This document shows, piece by piece, positions 9,280-18,179 of a DNA stretch of 34,192 nucleotides. Source of the DNA: a virus (taxonomy: Duplodnaviria; Caudoviricetes); IMG/VR virus record IMGVR_UViG_3300025723_000112, positions 1-34,192 of that record; one strand, written 5' to 3'. The notes beneath the pieces are model-generated. The model searched no databases. It had not been told where the DNA came from and was given only the letters and a program-made list of their open reading frames with translations. The first letter of the stretch is position 1. Every line of letters starts with the position of its first letter. The translations under genes and the position numbers were made by a program.

Positions 9280-9501
9280 TTATAGCCTGCGTGTGATTCT
9301 ACCACGGGATAAATCATAGGGTGAAATATCTAGCTGAACTCTATCGCCCGCTAATACTTTAATATTATTCTGTCGAATTCGCCCACTTAGTGTGGCTAAT
9401 ATGGGAATTTCAATGTTTTCGATTTTAACACGGTAATTAGTATTACGTAGTACTTCGGTAATTACTCCTTCCATTTTAATTACATCATCTGTTTTACTCA
9501 A
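9280..9501 (-). CDS. infA: translation initiation factor IF-1
   Basis: MSK.DVI.MEG...E.L.N..YRV...LSGRIR...I.VL.GD.V....SPYDL.RGRI; TTG start with AGGAG upstream; CTAAATA at 9532-9538. Confidence 0.93.
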   Translation of the reverse strand: MSKTDDVIKMEGVITEVLRNTNYRVKIENIEIPILATLSGRIRQNNIKVLAGDRVQLDISPYDLSRGRITRRL

Positions 9502-9538
9502 TTTAGTTTATTATCTCCTAGTGTGACCATGTATTTAG

Positions 9539-10144
9539 TTATTTGTATTTGATCCCCAATGTCTTACGACCAGGAGTTTTTCCATATCTTTTAATAAATA
9601 TGTTTCCTTTATATCTGTGGCAACAAGCGCATAATGTTTGATAATTTGACGGATCTTCATTACTTGGATTTTCATCTATATGATCTACATCTAGCATTCC
9701 GTCCCATACTATATTAGTTGTACATGGGAATCCTAATCTTTCATCGATATTTTCACAATAATTTTTACGATATTTTCTATAAGGATGTATACTATTCAAA
9801 TAGTCATTTGCCGATGTAAATCCTTTTTTATGTGCAATTACATCTATAATGTTTTTAACCCAATCTACATTATTTTTTTCAGCGTATCTTAATGCAGTAA
9901 CAGATTGATGACAAGATTCGCAGATAGATCTATATACCGGAGCTCCGGAAGTCCAATGCCAATTCGTAACTGTTTTTGGATTGTTGCATCCTTCATTACT
10001 GCACTTAGGATGTTGTAGATCTCTGTAGCTAGGATGCTTAACTCTAGAAATACCCTGCATCTTGGCACATTTTTCTGCACTTTTGTAGTGCATTGCATTT
10101 AATTCGTCAATTGTATAAGTTTTATTATTTGTACCTATGGACAT
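9539..10144 (-). CDS. HNH endonuclease with N-terminal Cys cluster
   Basis: LDVDHIDENPSN....NYQTLCACCH motif. Confidence 0.8.
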   Translation of the reverse strand: MSIGTNNKTYTIDELNAMHYKSAEKCAKMQGISRVKHPSYRDLQHPKCSNEGCNNPKTVTNWHWTSGAPVYRSICESCHQSVTALRYAEKNNVDWVKNIIDVIAHKKGFTSANDYLNSIHPYRKYRKNYCENIDERLGFPCTTNIVWDGMLDVDHIDENPSNEDPSNYQTLCACCHRYKGNIFIKRYGKTPGRKTLGIKYK

Positions 10145-10145
10145 T

Positions 10146-10517
10146 TTACCTTCTCATTTTGGAAATTTCTACTGCTTCTTCATCGCTGAAGATTGGCACT
10201 GCGTTACTTTTGTGCATAGTGCCAATGCCTTTTACTTTAGTTCCAGTGTATACAGGAGATTCAATCTTTGCAGCTACCCCATTGCTAGTTTGCAAACTGG
10301 GAATATCTTTCCAAGTATTGCGATGTGCAGGTATGCTAAGACTATATTTTTTCATAGGGATTGTTTTAGTAGGTAAAGGTTTTGCATAAGTTTTTTCCAG
10401 ATCTTTCCATGAAGCTGCTAAACTTTCGGCACGAGCCTTTGCTTCCGCGGAAGCATATTTTTGTTTGCCTTTTTTCTTACCTGTTGTAGTAAGCCAAGGT
10501 CCTTCTAAGTGCATCAT
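10146..10517 (-). CDS. conserved phage hypothetical protein
   Basis: Basic protein with YTG...KGIGTMHKSNAVP motif, which I recall from T4-like phages. Confidence 0.75.
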   Translation of the reverse strand: MMHLEGPWLTTTGKKKGKQKYASAEAKARAESLAASWKDLEKTYAKPLPTKTIPMKKYSLSIPAHRNTWKDIPSLQTSNGVAAKIESPVYTGTKVKGIGTMHKSNAVPIFSDEEAVEISKMRR

Positions 10518-10552
10518 TTTTAATATAAACCTAATAAATTAATCATAGTCAT

Positions 10553-10581
10553 AGTATAAAGATTTAATATATGCAAATCAA
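10553..10581 (-). promoter_or_regulatory. sigma70-type promoter TTGATT-17-TATACT
   Basis: Hexamers with 17-nt spacer in the intergenic gap. Confidence 0.5.
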
Positions 10582-10582
10582 G

Positions 10583-11149
10583 CTATTCGTAGAAAATATG
10601 TCCGCCTACTCTTCCAATTGAGCGTTTTGTCCTGATCCAAGATGGTTTAACAGCAATAGCGTGGAAGTTTAATGCACGTCGATACTTATATGTATATTCA
10701 TTATAATCTCCACGTGCTAAATTTTCAGCTACTTCTTTACTGGCAATCCATCTTGGATCATTTTTTTTGAGTATAGACTTGGTTCCACAGGTCCAACTAA
10801 ATTGACATATATATTGTCCTTTACCTATTGGAGTGCGAGCATGTACTATACCACAGATGGTTTTTGATCCGTATCTGTCATCCTTAGTACGATTAATAGT
10901 GACTGCCGCCACAGCAACTTTACCTTCAAGTGGTTCGGCACCTGCTTCATAAAATATATTACGAGCTAGACAATCTATTTCTGTTGTCGAATATATGGGA
11001 GTTTTTAATATAGGATGTGGTGGCCTGACATAATCTTGTGGTACATTAACTTCATAATATACAGGAGATTCAATTACTTTGGGAACAGGTGCAGTTACAC
11101 ATCCGCCTAAAATTAAAATCAATAGCAATGAAAAATTTTTAATTTTCAT
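10583..11149 (-). CDS. cell wall hydrolase (SleB/Hydrolase_2 family), probable lipoprotein
   Basis: CLARNIFYEA..E...GK.AVA.V..NR, CQFSW and GGHIFY motifs; LGGC lipobox. Confidence 0.88.
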   Translation of the reverse strand: MKIKNFSLLLILILGGCVTAPVPKVIESPVYYEVNVPQDYVRPPHPILKTPIYSTTEIDCLARNIFYEAGAEPLEGKVAVAAVTINRTKDDRYGSKTICGIVHARTPIGKGQYICQFSWTCGTKSILKKNDPRWIASKEVAENLARGDYNEYTYKYRRALNFHAIAVKPSWIRTKRSIGRVGGHIFYE

Positions 11150-11151
11150 TG

Positions 11152-11583
11152 CTATGTCTTTTTTAATGTATTCCACATACGAGATTTTTCTTCGAACTCT
11201 TTTGACTTTTTGCGATATTCTTCGCCTAATTCTTTAAGTTCATCCCATTCCTTTTCCAATACAGGATTGGGAATTAATATGTTTAATCGTTCACTTAGTG
11301 TAACTAGCGTGTCGGTTAGACTAACTCCGTTAATTACAATATCGGCATTGGCGCCTGCTAACACTAGCGATCCACTGCTTAATGGACCTGTGCCGCTTAT
11401 ATTTGATGCGGGATACCAGACTGGAGTTACTCCGGTATGTGCGCTATATCCACCACCACCGCCACCGCCTACGTAAACAGGAACAGTTGATCCTGTGCCA
11501 GTTGTATTAAACGTCTTAGTTAATTTTTCTATTTCACTAAGACGTGCGCCTACTCCAGTGATGTCTTTTTCGTTATCTGCCAT
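11152..11583 (-). CDS. hypothetical phage protein with Gly run and C-terminal coiled coil
   Basis: ORF track; start probably MADNEK. Confidence 0.7.
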   Translation of the reverse strand: MADNEKDITGVGARLSEIEKLTKTFNTTGTGSTVPVYVGGGGGGGYSAHTGVTPVWYPASNISGTGPLSSGSLVLAGANADIVINGVSLTDTLVTLSERLNILIPNPVLEKEWDELKELGEEYRKKSKEFEEKSRMWNTLKKT

Positions 11584-11723
11584 GATCCATTGCCTAAATC
11601 TATCCATACTAGTGTGTCGCCGACTTCCCAGCCGGCTTCACGACATAGTTCGTCCCCGAGATCCAGTACTAATTCTTCTGGATTGTCTGGATTCTCAATG
11701 ACGGTACGTACATATGATGGCAT
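11550..11723 (-). CDS. 57-aa AbrB/SpoVT-like protein (below ORF-track cut-off)
   Basis: MPSYVRTVIENPDNPEELVLDLGDELCREAGWEVGDTLVWIDLGNGSWQITKKTSLE; GW..GD.L.W motif; TAATG overlap. Confidence 0.7.
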   Translation of the reverse strand: MPSYVRTVIENPDNPEELVLDLGDELCREAGWEVGDTLVWIDLGNGSWQITKKTSLE

Positions 11724-11911
11724 TACTTTACTGCTGACAATGCTTCTTTTTCTGCTGTGATTTCAGCACGGCGAGTTTTAACAGATTTTGCAATTTCTTG
11801 CAGTGATTTACGTGCGCGGGCCGCCGCCGCCTTAACACCTTTGTCTGTAAACTTGGCATTTTCAGCCAAGTAATTTTCGTATGCTGCTACGATTTGTTCA
11901 TGTGTAGTCAT
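11723..11911 (-). CDS. histone H1-like Hc1 family DNA-binding protein
   Basis: E..KF..KGVKAAA.RARK.L.E.......R.EI motif; AAAGGA RBS. Confidence 0.75.
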   Translation of the reverse strand: MTTHEQIVAAYENYLAENAKFTDKGVKAAAARARKSLQEIAKSVKTRRAEITAEKEALSAVK

Positions 11912-11983
11912 TGTATTTCCTTTGGTTAATGTTTGTGACATAACTAATTATACACGATACAACATCTATATCAATTTTTTTGG

Positions 11984-12226
11984 CTATATGTATATGTGTC
12001 GTTTGATATAACAATCCCAAACTAATATATTCCCCCATCCATTAGCCCATGTTACTGAAAATAAATTAAAAGTATTGTGATCATAAATGTGTAATTTATT
12101 ATTATCTACACGAGCTTGTATATAACGGTTGGATGCTACCCATTGTTGCAATAATTTATTAGCATTGGGATTTTTAAATATAATGATGTATAATGCATCA
12201 CTGTTTCTAAATATTGGGGTCGACAT
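11984..12226 (-). CDS. hypothetical protein
   Basis: 80-aa ORF from the track. Confidence 0.65.
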   Translation of the reverse strand: MSTPIFRNSDALYIIIFKNPNANKLLQQWVASNRYIQARVDNNKLHIYDHNTFNLFSVTWANGWGNILVWDCYIKRHIYI

Positions 12227-12276
12227 CAGTACATTTGCTCATACATATAATTATGCCAAATAGAAAAATAGTCACG

Positions 12277-12302
12277 AAAAAGCGACTTGAAAGTCGCTTT
12301 TT
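12277..12302. terminator. intrinsic terminator, potentially bidirectional
   Basis: Perfect inverted repeat AAAAAGCGACTT-GA-AAGTCGCTTTTT. Confidence 0.85.
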
Positions 12303-12320
12303 ATCTTTTATCTTATATCT

Positions 12321-13100
12321 TTAATTTTTTAAATATTTTTCAAAGAATTGACGTGTTCTTTCTTCTGCTGTTTTAGTTGCGTTGTGATCAAACGACAATC
12401 GATGCCCGGCTAGCATCCTACTACTACCGGGTACATCAAAGGCATGTGTTGCACCGGGGTAGATATAGAGATCGTAAAGACTGTTGGCTTTTGCTAGGGT
12501 CTCGCATCGATTACTGTATGTCCAATCATCTGCTGTGCCAATATGTATTTGTACTGGAAATTTAGGATTTTTGACCATATCGTCATTAAAGCAACCAGGA
12601 TAGTAAGCAACACCTGCAGAAATTAAATTTGTCATGTTGGCTGTTCTATTAACTGCACTACCACCGTGGCTAAATCCAATGATACCTATCTTACCCTTAT
12701 GCCATTTTTGTTTCGTAATCCAAGAGGCAGTTGCAATCATATCTTCGGCACGCTGATTATAGTTTACGAGCCCAGCGTTATACATAACTTCCTTATTTTT
12801 AAAGCCTCGAGTGGTAAAACTGTCAGGAAGTACTACGTTGTATCCCCAGCTCTTTAATAAATCTCCCCAAAACAAAACATATCGATTGTAATTGTATCCG
12901 GTTATTCCATCGCTTGGATGCGCAACAATAATCGTAGGTCCAGGATTTTTCTGAGTAATTACCTCTAAAGGAACGGTAACATCTTTGTTATATCCAGTAG
13001 AGTTTTCTTTATAAACAATTGAACTAGATTGACAAGCAGTGAGAGTTAATGTTAACAAACATAAACTAATTAATTTGTATGATTTTAATAATATCGTCAT
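12321..13100 (-). CDS. dienelactone hydrolase-family alpha/beta hydrolase, probable lipoprotein
   Basis: GFSHGG nucleophile elbow, G.ADDW, YPGATHAFD; LTAC lipobox. Confidence 0.85.
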   Translation of the reverse strand: MTILLKSYKLISLCLLTLTLTACQSSSIVYKENSTGYNKDVTVPLEVITQKNPGPTIIVAHPSDGITGYNYNRYVLFWGDLLKSWGYNVVLPDSFTTRGFKNKEVMYNAGLVNYNQRAEDMIATASWITKQKWHKGKIGIIGFSHGGSAVNRTANMTNLISAGVAYYPGCFNDDMVKNPKFPVQIHIGTADDWTYSNRCETLAKANSLYDLYIYPGATHAFDVPGSSRMLAGHRLSFDHNATKTAEERTRQFFEKYLKN

Positions 13101-13163
13101 AGTCGCTCCTATATTTTATTAAAATGTAGACAAGGGACTTACGGTCTAACCTGCCCTGTCGTA

Positions 13164-13493
13164 TTAAACTGCTACTTTAACATCGACGGCAGTTGGAGTT
13201 GTTACCCCAGTGGCCTTAACTTTAACTTCGCCTTTTTTGGCTTGTTTAGCCTTTTCAGCAATTTTACTAGCTACTACATAACCTGCATCGCCTTCAGTAA
13301 TGCCAACTTGTTGCAGATATTGCAATGCTTCAAGTTTGGTCATTGGCTTGGGAAGCTCAATGAGGTTAACTTCAGTGTGGCCTGCACGATGCAATGCCTT
13401 AATACGTGATACCAAATCATTGGCAAAACGTGCTTTAACTTCGCCCTTAAGGTTTGAAGTACCTGCTACTGTAAATAAATTTTCTTGTTTCAT
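13164..13493 (-). CDS. conserved phage hypothetical protein with basic C-tail
   Basis: FTVAG.S...G..K.RFAND...R.K.L...GH....LIELP..M.K motif; own promoter. Confidence 0.75.
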   Translation of the reverse strand: MKQENLFTVAGTSNLKGEVKARFANDLVSRIKALHRAGHTEVNLIELPKPMTKLEALQYLQQVGITEGDAGYVVASKIAEKAKQAKKGEVKVKATGVTTPTAVDVKVAV

Positions 13494-13518
13494 AAGATGC
13501 CTTTCTAAGATGCCTTTC
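13493..13518. repeat. exact 13-bp tandem duplication containing the RBS
   Basis: TAAGATGCCTTTC twice (minus strand GAAAGGCATCTTA). Confidence 0.9.
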
Positions 13519-13554
13519 AAAGTTGATTTAAAATAAAAGTTTTACTACATTACA

Positions 13555-13584
13555 ATTATAGTTGACTTTTTTTCAAAAGTCAAC
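13555..13584 (-). promoter_or_regulatory. sigma70 promoter TTGACT-17-TATAAT with an embedded perfect palindrome
   Basis: GTTGACTTTT-TTTC-AAAAGTCAAC at 13561-13584 covers the -35 and spacer. Confidence 0.75.
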
Positions 13585-13598
13585 CATTATTTGTATTT

Positions 13599-14018
13599 TC
13601 AATCAATTACTGCATATCTGATCCTCCAAGCACCTGATTCGTTTGCTTTTGGATTATCTGACCTATAATCTATCTGTGCTGGGAAATACAAGGTCATATA
13701 TAAATAAATTCGTTTGCCAGAATCTTTGTAGTGATCAACAAAAGTCTTTAATCCGTCAGTGTCTTTGATAACTTTCACTTGTGCCTGGATTGGTTTATTT
13801 TCTAAAACTGCAATCGGCGCTCCCATGTACCCAGCAACATCCATGTTTTCAGATAACCATCTCATCCCATCAAAATTAAAATACTCAGCAATTCCCGAAA
13901 TACTTGCAGGGGCTTCCACCGCAGTTTTCCATTCGTCAAAAGTATTAAATATACCTAACGTGCCTACATCTTCATCATTGTTAATTTCCATGCCGTTCTC
14001 CTTGTTAATTTCGTTCAT
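13599..14018 (-). CDS. hypothetical protein
   Basis: 139-aa ORF from the track. Confidence 0.7.
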   Translation of the reverse strand: MNEINKENGMEINNDEDVGTLGIFNTFDEWKTAVEAPASISGIAEYFNFDGMRWLSENMDVAGYMGAPIAVLENKPIQAQVKVIKDTDGLKTFVDHYKDSGKRIYLYMTLYFPAQIDYRSDNPKANESGAWRIRYAVID

Positions 14019-14177
14019 TTACATATCCCGGTCGTTGAGACTAAATTGAAATTGTTTGTGACTTGGGCAGTAATTCAATGTACCATGAAATCGCCAGCCC
14101 AACTTAAATCCATCTCGTTGATTACCATTCCAAACACTACTACAACGTCTGCATTGATATGGCGCAAAGTGTTTCAT
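14019..14177 (-). CDS. 52-aa putative zinc-binding protein
   Basis: MKHFAPYQCRRCSSVW...GW......YCPSH; CxxC...CxxH. Confidence 0.6.
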   Translation of the reverse strand: MKHFAPYQCRRCSSVWNGNQRDGFKLGWRFHGTLNYCPSHKQFQFSLNDRDM

Positions 14178-14180
14178 TCT

Positions 14181-14546
14181 TCAATCTCCGATGTATTCGC
14201 CTAGAATCAGGTTGCCCTGCAGATCTTCTAAAACCATGAACCCCACTGTGTCCTCAAACACATCGGGGGCCAAATAGAATGTACGAATGGTACTCAAACG
14301 GTCAGCGGGTGCGCTGCCATTGCGGTGTCCATACGCAGGATACCACAAGTCATATCGGTCTTCTACACGATAATGATCACCAGTGGGCTTGAACTTTTCA
14401 CGCCGTACCCATTTACTTTCCTTCATAGCCGAGACCACCAAATCAGTGGGCGGTTGACTTCCATATATACTGGTAACAATCTCTGGACGGCGAGCGACCT
14501 CTGCTACTAAAAATCGCTTGCAATCTGCTGTGGTAATTTTACTCAT
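14181..14546 (-). CDS. hypothetical protein
   Basis: 121-aa ORF with ATGA overlap. Confidence 0.7.
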   Translation of the reverse strand: MSKITTADCKRFLVAEVARRPEIVTSIYGSQPPTDLVVSAMKESKWVRREKFKPTGDHYRVEDRYDLWYPAYGHRNGSAPADRLSTIRTFYLAPDVFEDTVGFMVLEDLQGNLILGEYIGD

Positions 14547-14773
14547 TCGTCATCTCCGAAGTGTCTTGTAATATGCTGAGAAGTAATTAGTTCATCTCCT
14601 CGAATATAATAATATCTTACAACATCAGCACATTCCCTAATAATCGACTGGGCGAACTCTTGTAATTTATCTGGAGAAACAATGTAGCATCCGTCTGCAA
14701 TATTTTCCATTCCCTTCGTGGTAAGAACGGTTACATGAGTCTGTTCGGCAAGTTGTCGAATTCGTTCGTTCAT
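14543..14773 (-). CDS. MNERI-family small protein
   Basis: MNERIRQLA...EFAQSIIRECA...HFGDDE. Confidence 0.8.
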   Translation of the reverse strand: MNERIRQLAEQTHVTVLTTKGMENIADGCYIVSPDKLQEFAQSIIRECADVVRYYYIRGDELITSQHITRHFGDDE

Positions 14774-15018
14774 TTATTTTGCTCCAAATAACTCATTCCT
14801 ACTCTGACCATGGCTTGGGCATGTTCGCGATCCTTGGGCAGAACTACACGTTCACCATCGTTGAGTTGGCGTAATTCTTCTGCGTATTCTCCTATCAATA
14901 ACTCGGCGAACTTTTCGATAGCATAATTGCCCACAAGAGAATCGCCCATGTCGATATCACCGTTACCAGTATAATCGGGATCAGCTTGTTTTGCAAGTAG
15001 TCTAATTCGTTCGTTCAC
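14770..15018 (-). CDS. MNERI-family small protein with divergent C-terminal half
   Basis: GTG start; MNERIRLLAKQADPDYTG...EKFAELLI. Confidence 0.8.
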   Translation of the reverse strand: MNERIRLLAKQADPDYTGNGDIDMGDSLVGNYAIEKFAELLIGEYAEELRQLNDGERVVLPKDREHAQAMVRVGMSYLEQNK

Positions 15019-15296
15019 ACTTCGACTCCGACTTTAGCCAATGGATCAGTATTGTACTTTGATACCCAAGCTGTGTCTAATGCTTTCTCGGCATGAAATC
15101 TGTTGCCAGTTAGTTGCAAATGTTCTTGATCTACTTCTCTGCCAACAATTCCCATTTGCCACCCATCAGTTACTGGATACAGTTTACTCATTTCATCCCA
15201 GTATTCTCGTGCAGTTTTTTCATTCGAAAATAATTCAATGACATGCAAACTGCCGGTCTTATCCAATACATCAACCACCCAAATAGTATTTTTCAT
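15015..15296 (-). CDS. hypothetical protein
   Basis: 93-aa ORF with coupled start and stop. Confidence 0.7.
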   Translation of the reverse strand: MKNTIWVVDVLDKTGSLHVIELFSNEKTAREYWDEMSKLYPVTDGWQMGIVGREVDQEHLQLTGNRFHAEKALDTAWVSKYNTDPLAKVGVEV

Positions 15297-15379
15297 TTTA
15301 AATCTCCGTTAATTCCATCTGATAAAATTCTGGCTATTTCCAGCATCCATTTAGTTTGTATTTCCCACACTTCTTTCAT
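15293..15379 (-). CDS. 28-aa micro-ORF
   Basis: MKEVWEIQTKWMLEIARILSDGINGDLK; AAAGGA RBS and ATGA overlap with the next gene. Confidence 0.45.
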   Translation of the reverse strand: MKEVWEIQTKWMLEIARILSDGINGDLK

Positions 15380-15405
15380 CTTGGTTTCCTTTCTTTGGCT
15401 GCATA

Positions 15406-16368
15406 TTACTTGCCTGCAGGTAGAGTCATAAATGGTACCGGCGTATTGGCATACATATTTTGCGGCAGTTTACCATCCCAACGCTTGGCTTGTTCCAAGC
15501 TAACCAGACTGGGATTCTTACCCAATGCGTCTGCCATCTTGATTGATGCTTCTGCTTGTGCGTTACCTAGAGCCTTGACTGCATCTGCTTCTGCGTTTGC
15601 TTCCAATCGACGAGCGTTAGCATTAGCCGCCGCCAGTGTCTCACGTTGTCTACGTTCACCGTCTGCTTGTGCTGATAGACGATTAGCTTCACCCTGAGCG
15701 GCAATCAGCTTAGTTTCTGCTTCAATCTTAGCTTGCTGTTGTTGACGCTGTGCTAGTACGATTGCCGCTTGTGCTGATTGTGCTGAAGCCATGCGCTGAT
15801 TGTACTCTGCTGGCAATTCATCAATACTTACTTGAACCTCGTTGACGTTGATTCCCCATTCTGTACTTAGAATTTGAGTAACTGCGGCTTGAAATTCAGA
15901 CAGAGTTTTCTCACGATCTTCACCAGCGATCTGCATCAAATCGTGTTTACCCATAATATTACGTAACGTGTTAATAATATTTGGATTCAAATTAGCCGTG
16001 ATGTCACCACTACCTTGTTTACCTGTTTGATACAATAGACGATATACGCTAGATGGTGGAATCTCTGTTGTTACACCAACTTTCAATTTCAACGTGAAAG
16101 TGTCTTTTGTAGTAACAGCAACAACACCAACGTTATCTGTATTTCGACTGACCTGCAAACAATCTACTGATTGAATGAAAGGAATCTTAAAGTGCAAACC
16201 AGAACCGATCGGACCTTCATTTACATTAATAGCTTTTTGAAACTGAGTTACATAACACAACTCTGTTTGAGGTACTGAATAGAATGAGCCAAATAAGAAG
16301 CAAATTCCAATCAATGCAACAAAACCCAACGACAAAATTTTAATAATACTGCTAGTACTTTTATCCAT
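15406..16368 (-). CDS. SPFH/Band 7 (prohibitin/HflC-like) membrane protein
   Basis: N-terminal TM, GLHFKIPFIQSV, Ala/Glu-rich coiled coil, WDGKLP. Confidence 0.88.
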   Translation of the reverse strand: MDKSTSSIIKILSLGFVALIGICFLFGSFYSVPQTELCYVTQFQKAINVNEGPIGSGLHFKIPFIQSVDCLQVSRNTDNVGVVAVTTKDTFTLKLKVGVTTEIPPSSVYRLLYQTGKQGSGDITANLNPNIINTLRNIMGKHDLMQIAGEDREKTLSEFQAAVTQILSTEWGINVNEVQVSIDELPAEYNQRMASAQSAQAAIVLAQRQQQQAKIEAETKLIAAQGEANRLSAQADGERRQRETLAAANANARRLEANAEADAVKALGNAQAEASIKMADALGKNPSLVSLEQAKRWDGKLPQNMYANTPVPFMTLPAGK

Positions 16369-16385
16369 GATATATTTCCTTTTAA

Positions 16386-18122
16386 TTAGGCTGATGCCAA
16401 ACGAGCACGAATAACTTCAATTGAATCATCTACCAAAATGTTGCCATTAAGATAAACAGTTTTAAGCTCACCCTTTTCCTCGCCTTCTGCACTTACACCA
16501 TCAACTAAGATATAGTCACCGGAAAGTGGTGCCTTGTGAACACATAACAACCCACGTGCAGATTTTTTAGTTCCGTTATCTGTCTTTGGGTCTTTAAAGA
16601 TTGCACAACCTTTACCATTTGTAACGCGATAAGTTGCTTTCATTGCAAAGCCGAGTGTATCACGAGTTTGATATTGATATGTGTATGAACCTACACCAAA
16701 TACGATGTTATCAGAAGCATAACCTTTCGCCGCCAATTGTCGTAAAATTTCTTCACAACGTTCAGGTGTAATAGAGTCACCATAGATCAGGCCAACACGT
16801 TGATTGAGTGTTTTGTAACCTTTATCATTTGTGGTAGTACCAAAGATTTCAGCAAGACAATCAACCGCACCTTTTTGCTCAGGTGTCAGTGTAACTTGTT
16901 CTACAGAAAGTACTTCAGTCCCATCCATGTAATAGTATTGTTTATCATGACGATTCCACTCAATTGAAATTTTCACTTTAAAGTATTTGTCACCTACTCG
17001 GAAAATATCCTCAGCCTCGCTGTCACCTGGATTACCATGTCCGGCTTCATCACTTACTCGTTGAGTAATACGATCCATAGCCCAATCACCGATGATTTCA
17101 AGATTATTTTGTTTTTCTTCAGGTAACGGCAATGTTTCAATGTTTTCGCCACAGATAATTTTAACTGGATCACCAGAGTCTGGACGGAACACAACTTTAG
17201 CAAATCCCATGGAATCTGGAACACGATTTAAAATATCGTCTTTCAAAATTGTTGCGTATGTCGTAACAACTTGGAAGAAATCGTATGTATCAGATACAAG
17301 TGAAACAATGCCACTCGGATACATTTTAATCAAACGACGAAATACTTCTAGTTCTTCATCTTTAGATTCTGTTGACATAACAGAGTGTTCACTTGCCGGT
17401 ACACTGCCGCCGACAAATGTTGATTTGCCATGGTAGTATTCATTAACATAATGTACCGCTGACAGTACATCTGTTCCAGCAAAACTCAATAGGTGACCGG
17501 CACCTGACTTGGCGCCATCAACCACGCCCGACATACCACGCATAGAGAAGTCATGTCCTTGGAAGGCAACAAACTCTTTGTTGCCGCCAGTAAGGTCGGC
17601 GTACTCATCAATAATTTTACGATAAACATGAGCCATAGTAGCCGAGGTAGTTGTCTTCCACAATTCAGTTGACAACCATGTTTCGAGATAGTTAGGCAAC
17701 CAAAAAGCCGTATCTACTGTATTGGTAATAGTAAACACTGGCACTCCAACAGGCACACGAGCACCTTCTGGCAAGGCTTTAATTTTAAGTGGTAAGTAGC
17801 CAAGTGCGTGAAGTTCACGCAGTCGGGTAACATCAAACCCGTTCGGTCCACAGAATGGAGCGACAAATGCGGAAAATTCGTCGCATACTGTATCTATATC
17901 AAGATCAAAAAATGTTTCTTTCCACACCTGATTCAATTCATGCAGAAAGCCTTGCAGACCAAACCAAACAATTTTCTTGTCTGCTTTGTATCGATCCGGC
18001 ACATTAAAATGCGACATCGAACGCGGAGTAAAATTACTATAAACTTGAGTCGTGCCATCCTGATACATGGCGCTATGGCCTAACTTGTATGAGTCTGTAT
18101 TGGTTAGTGCTGTTTGTTTCAT
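16386..18122 (-). CDS. nicotinamide phosphoribosyltransferase-like enzyme (probable NARP1 Namat)
   Basis: TDSYKLGH, HDFSMRG, SVPASEHSVM, VSDTYD, RPDSGDP, RDT.GFAMKAT, KDPKTD.G.KKSA.G. Confidence 0.92.
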   Translation of the reverse strand: MKQTALTNTDSYKLGHSAMYQDGTTQVYSNFTPRSMSHFNVPDRYKADKKIVWFGLQGFLHELNQVWKETFFDLDIDTVCDEFSAFVAPFCGPNGFDVTRLRELHALGYLPLKIKALPEGARVPVGVPVFTITNTVDTAFWLPNYLETWLSTELWKTTTSATMAHVYRKIIDEYADLTGGNKEFVAFQGHDFSMRGMSGVVDGAKSGAGHLLSFAGTDVLSAVHYVNEYYHGKSTFVGGSVPASEHSVMSTESKDEELEVFRRLIKMYPSGIVSLVSDTYDFFQVVTTYATILKDDILNRVPDSMGFAKVVFRPDSGDPVKIICGENIETLPLPEEKQNNLEIIGDWAMDRITQRVSDEAGHGNPGDSEAEDIFRVGDKYFKVKISIEWNRHDKQYYYMDGTEVLSVEQVTLTPEQKGAVDCLAEIFGTTTNDKGYKTLNQRVGLIYGDSITPERCEEILRQLAAKGYASDNIVFGVGSYTYQYQTRDTLGFAMKATYRVTNGKGCAIFKDPKTDNGTKKSARGLLCVHKAPLSGDYILVDGVSAEGEEKGELKTVYLNGNILVDDSIEVIRARLASA

Positions 18123-18150
18123 ACTATTTCCTTTGATTAAAAGATAATAT

Positions 18151-18179
18151 ATTATAAATGAACTATGATTAATTGTCAA
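18151..18179 (-). promoter_or_regulatory. consensus sigma70 promoter TTGACA-17-TATAAT
   Basis: Perfect hexamers; the -35 contains the TGA stop of the upstream gene. Confidence 0.8.

Noticed and set aside
11590-11720. GC-richer apparent gap that might be a tRNA or ncRNA
   Set aside because: It is a 57-aa AbrB-like ORF missed by the length cut-off; no cloverleaf or T-arm consensus
16881-17144. Intein in the NAMPT-like gene
   Set aside because: Short, with no C-terminal His-Asn followed by Cys/Ser/Thr
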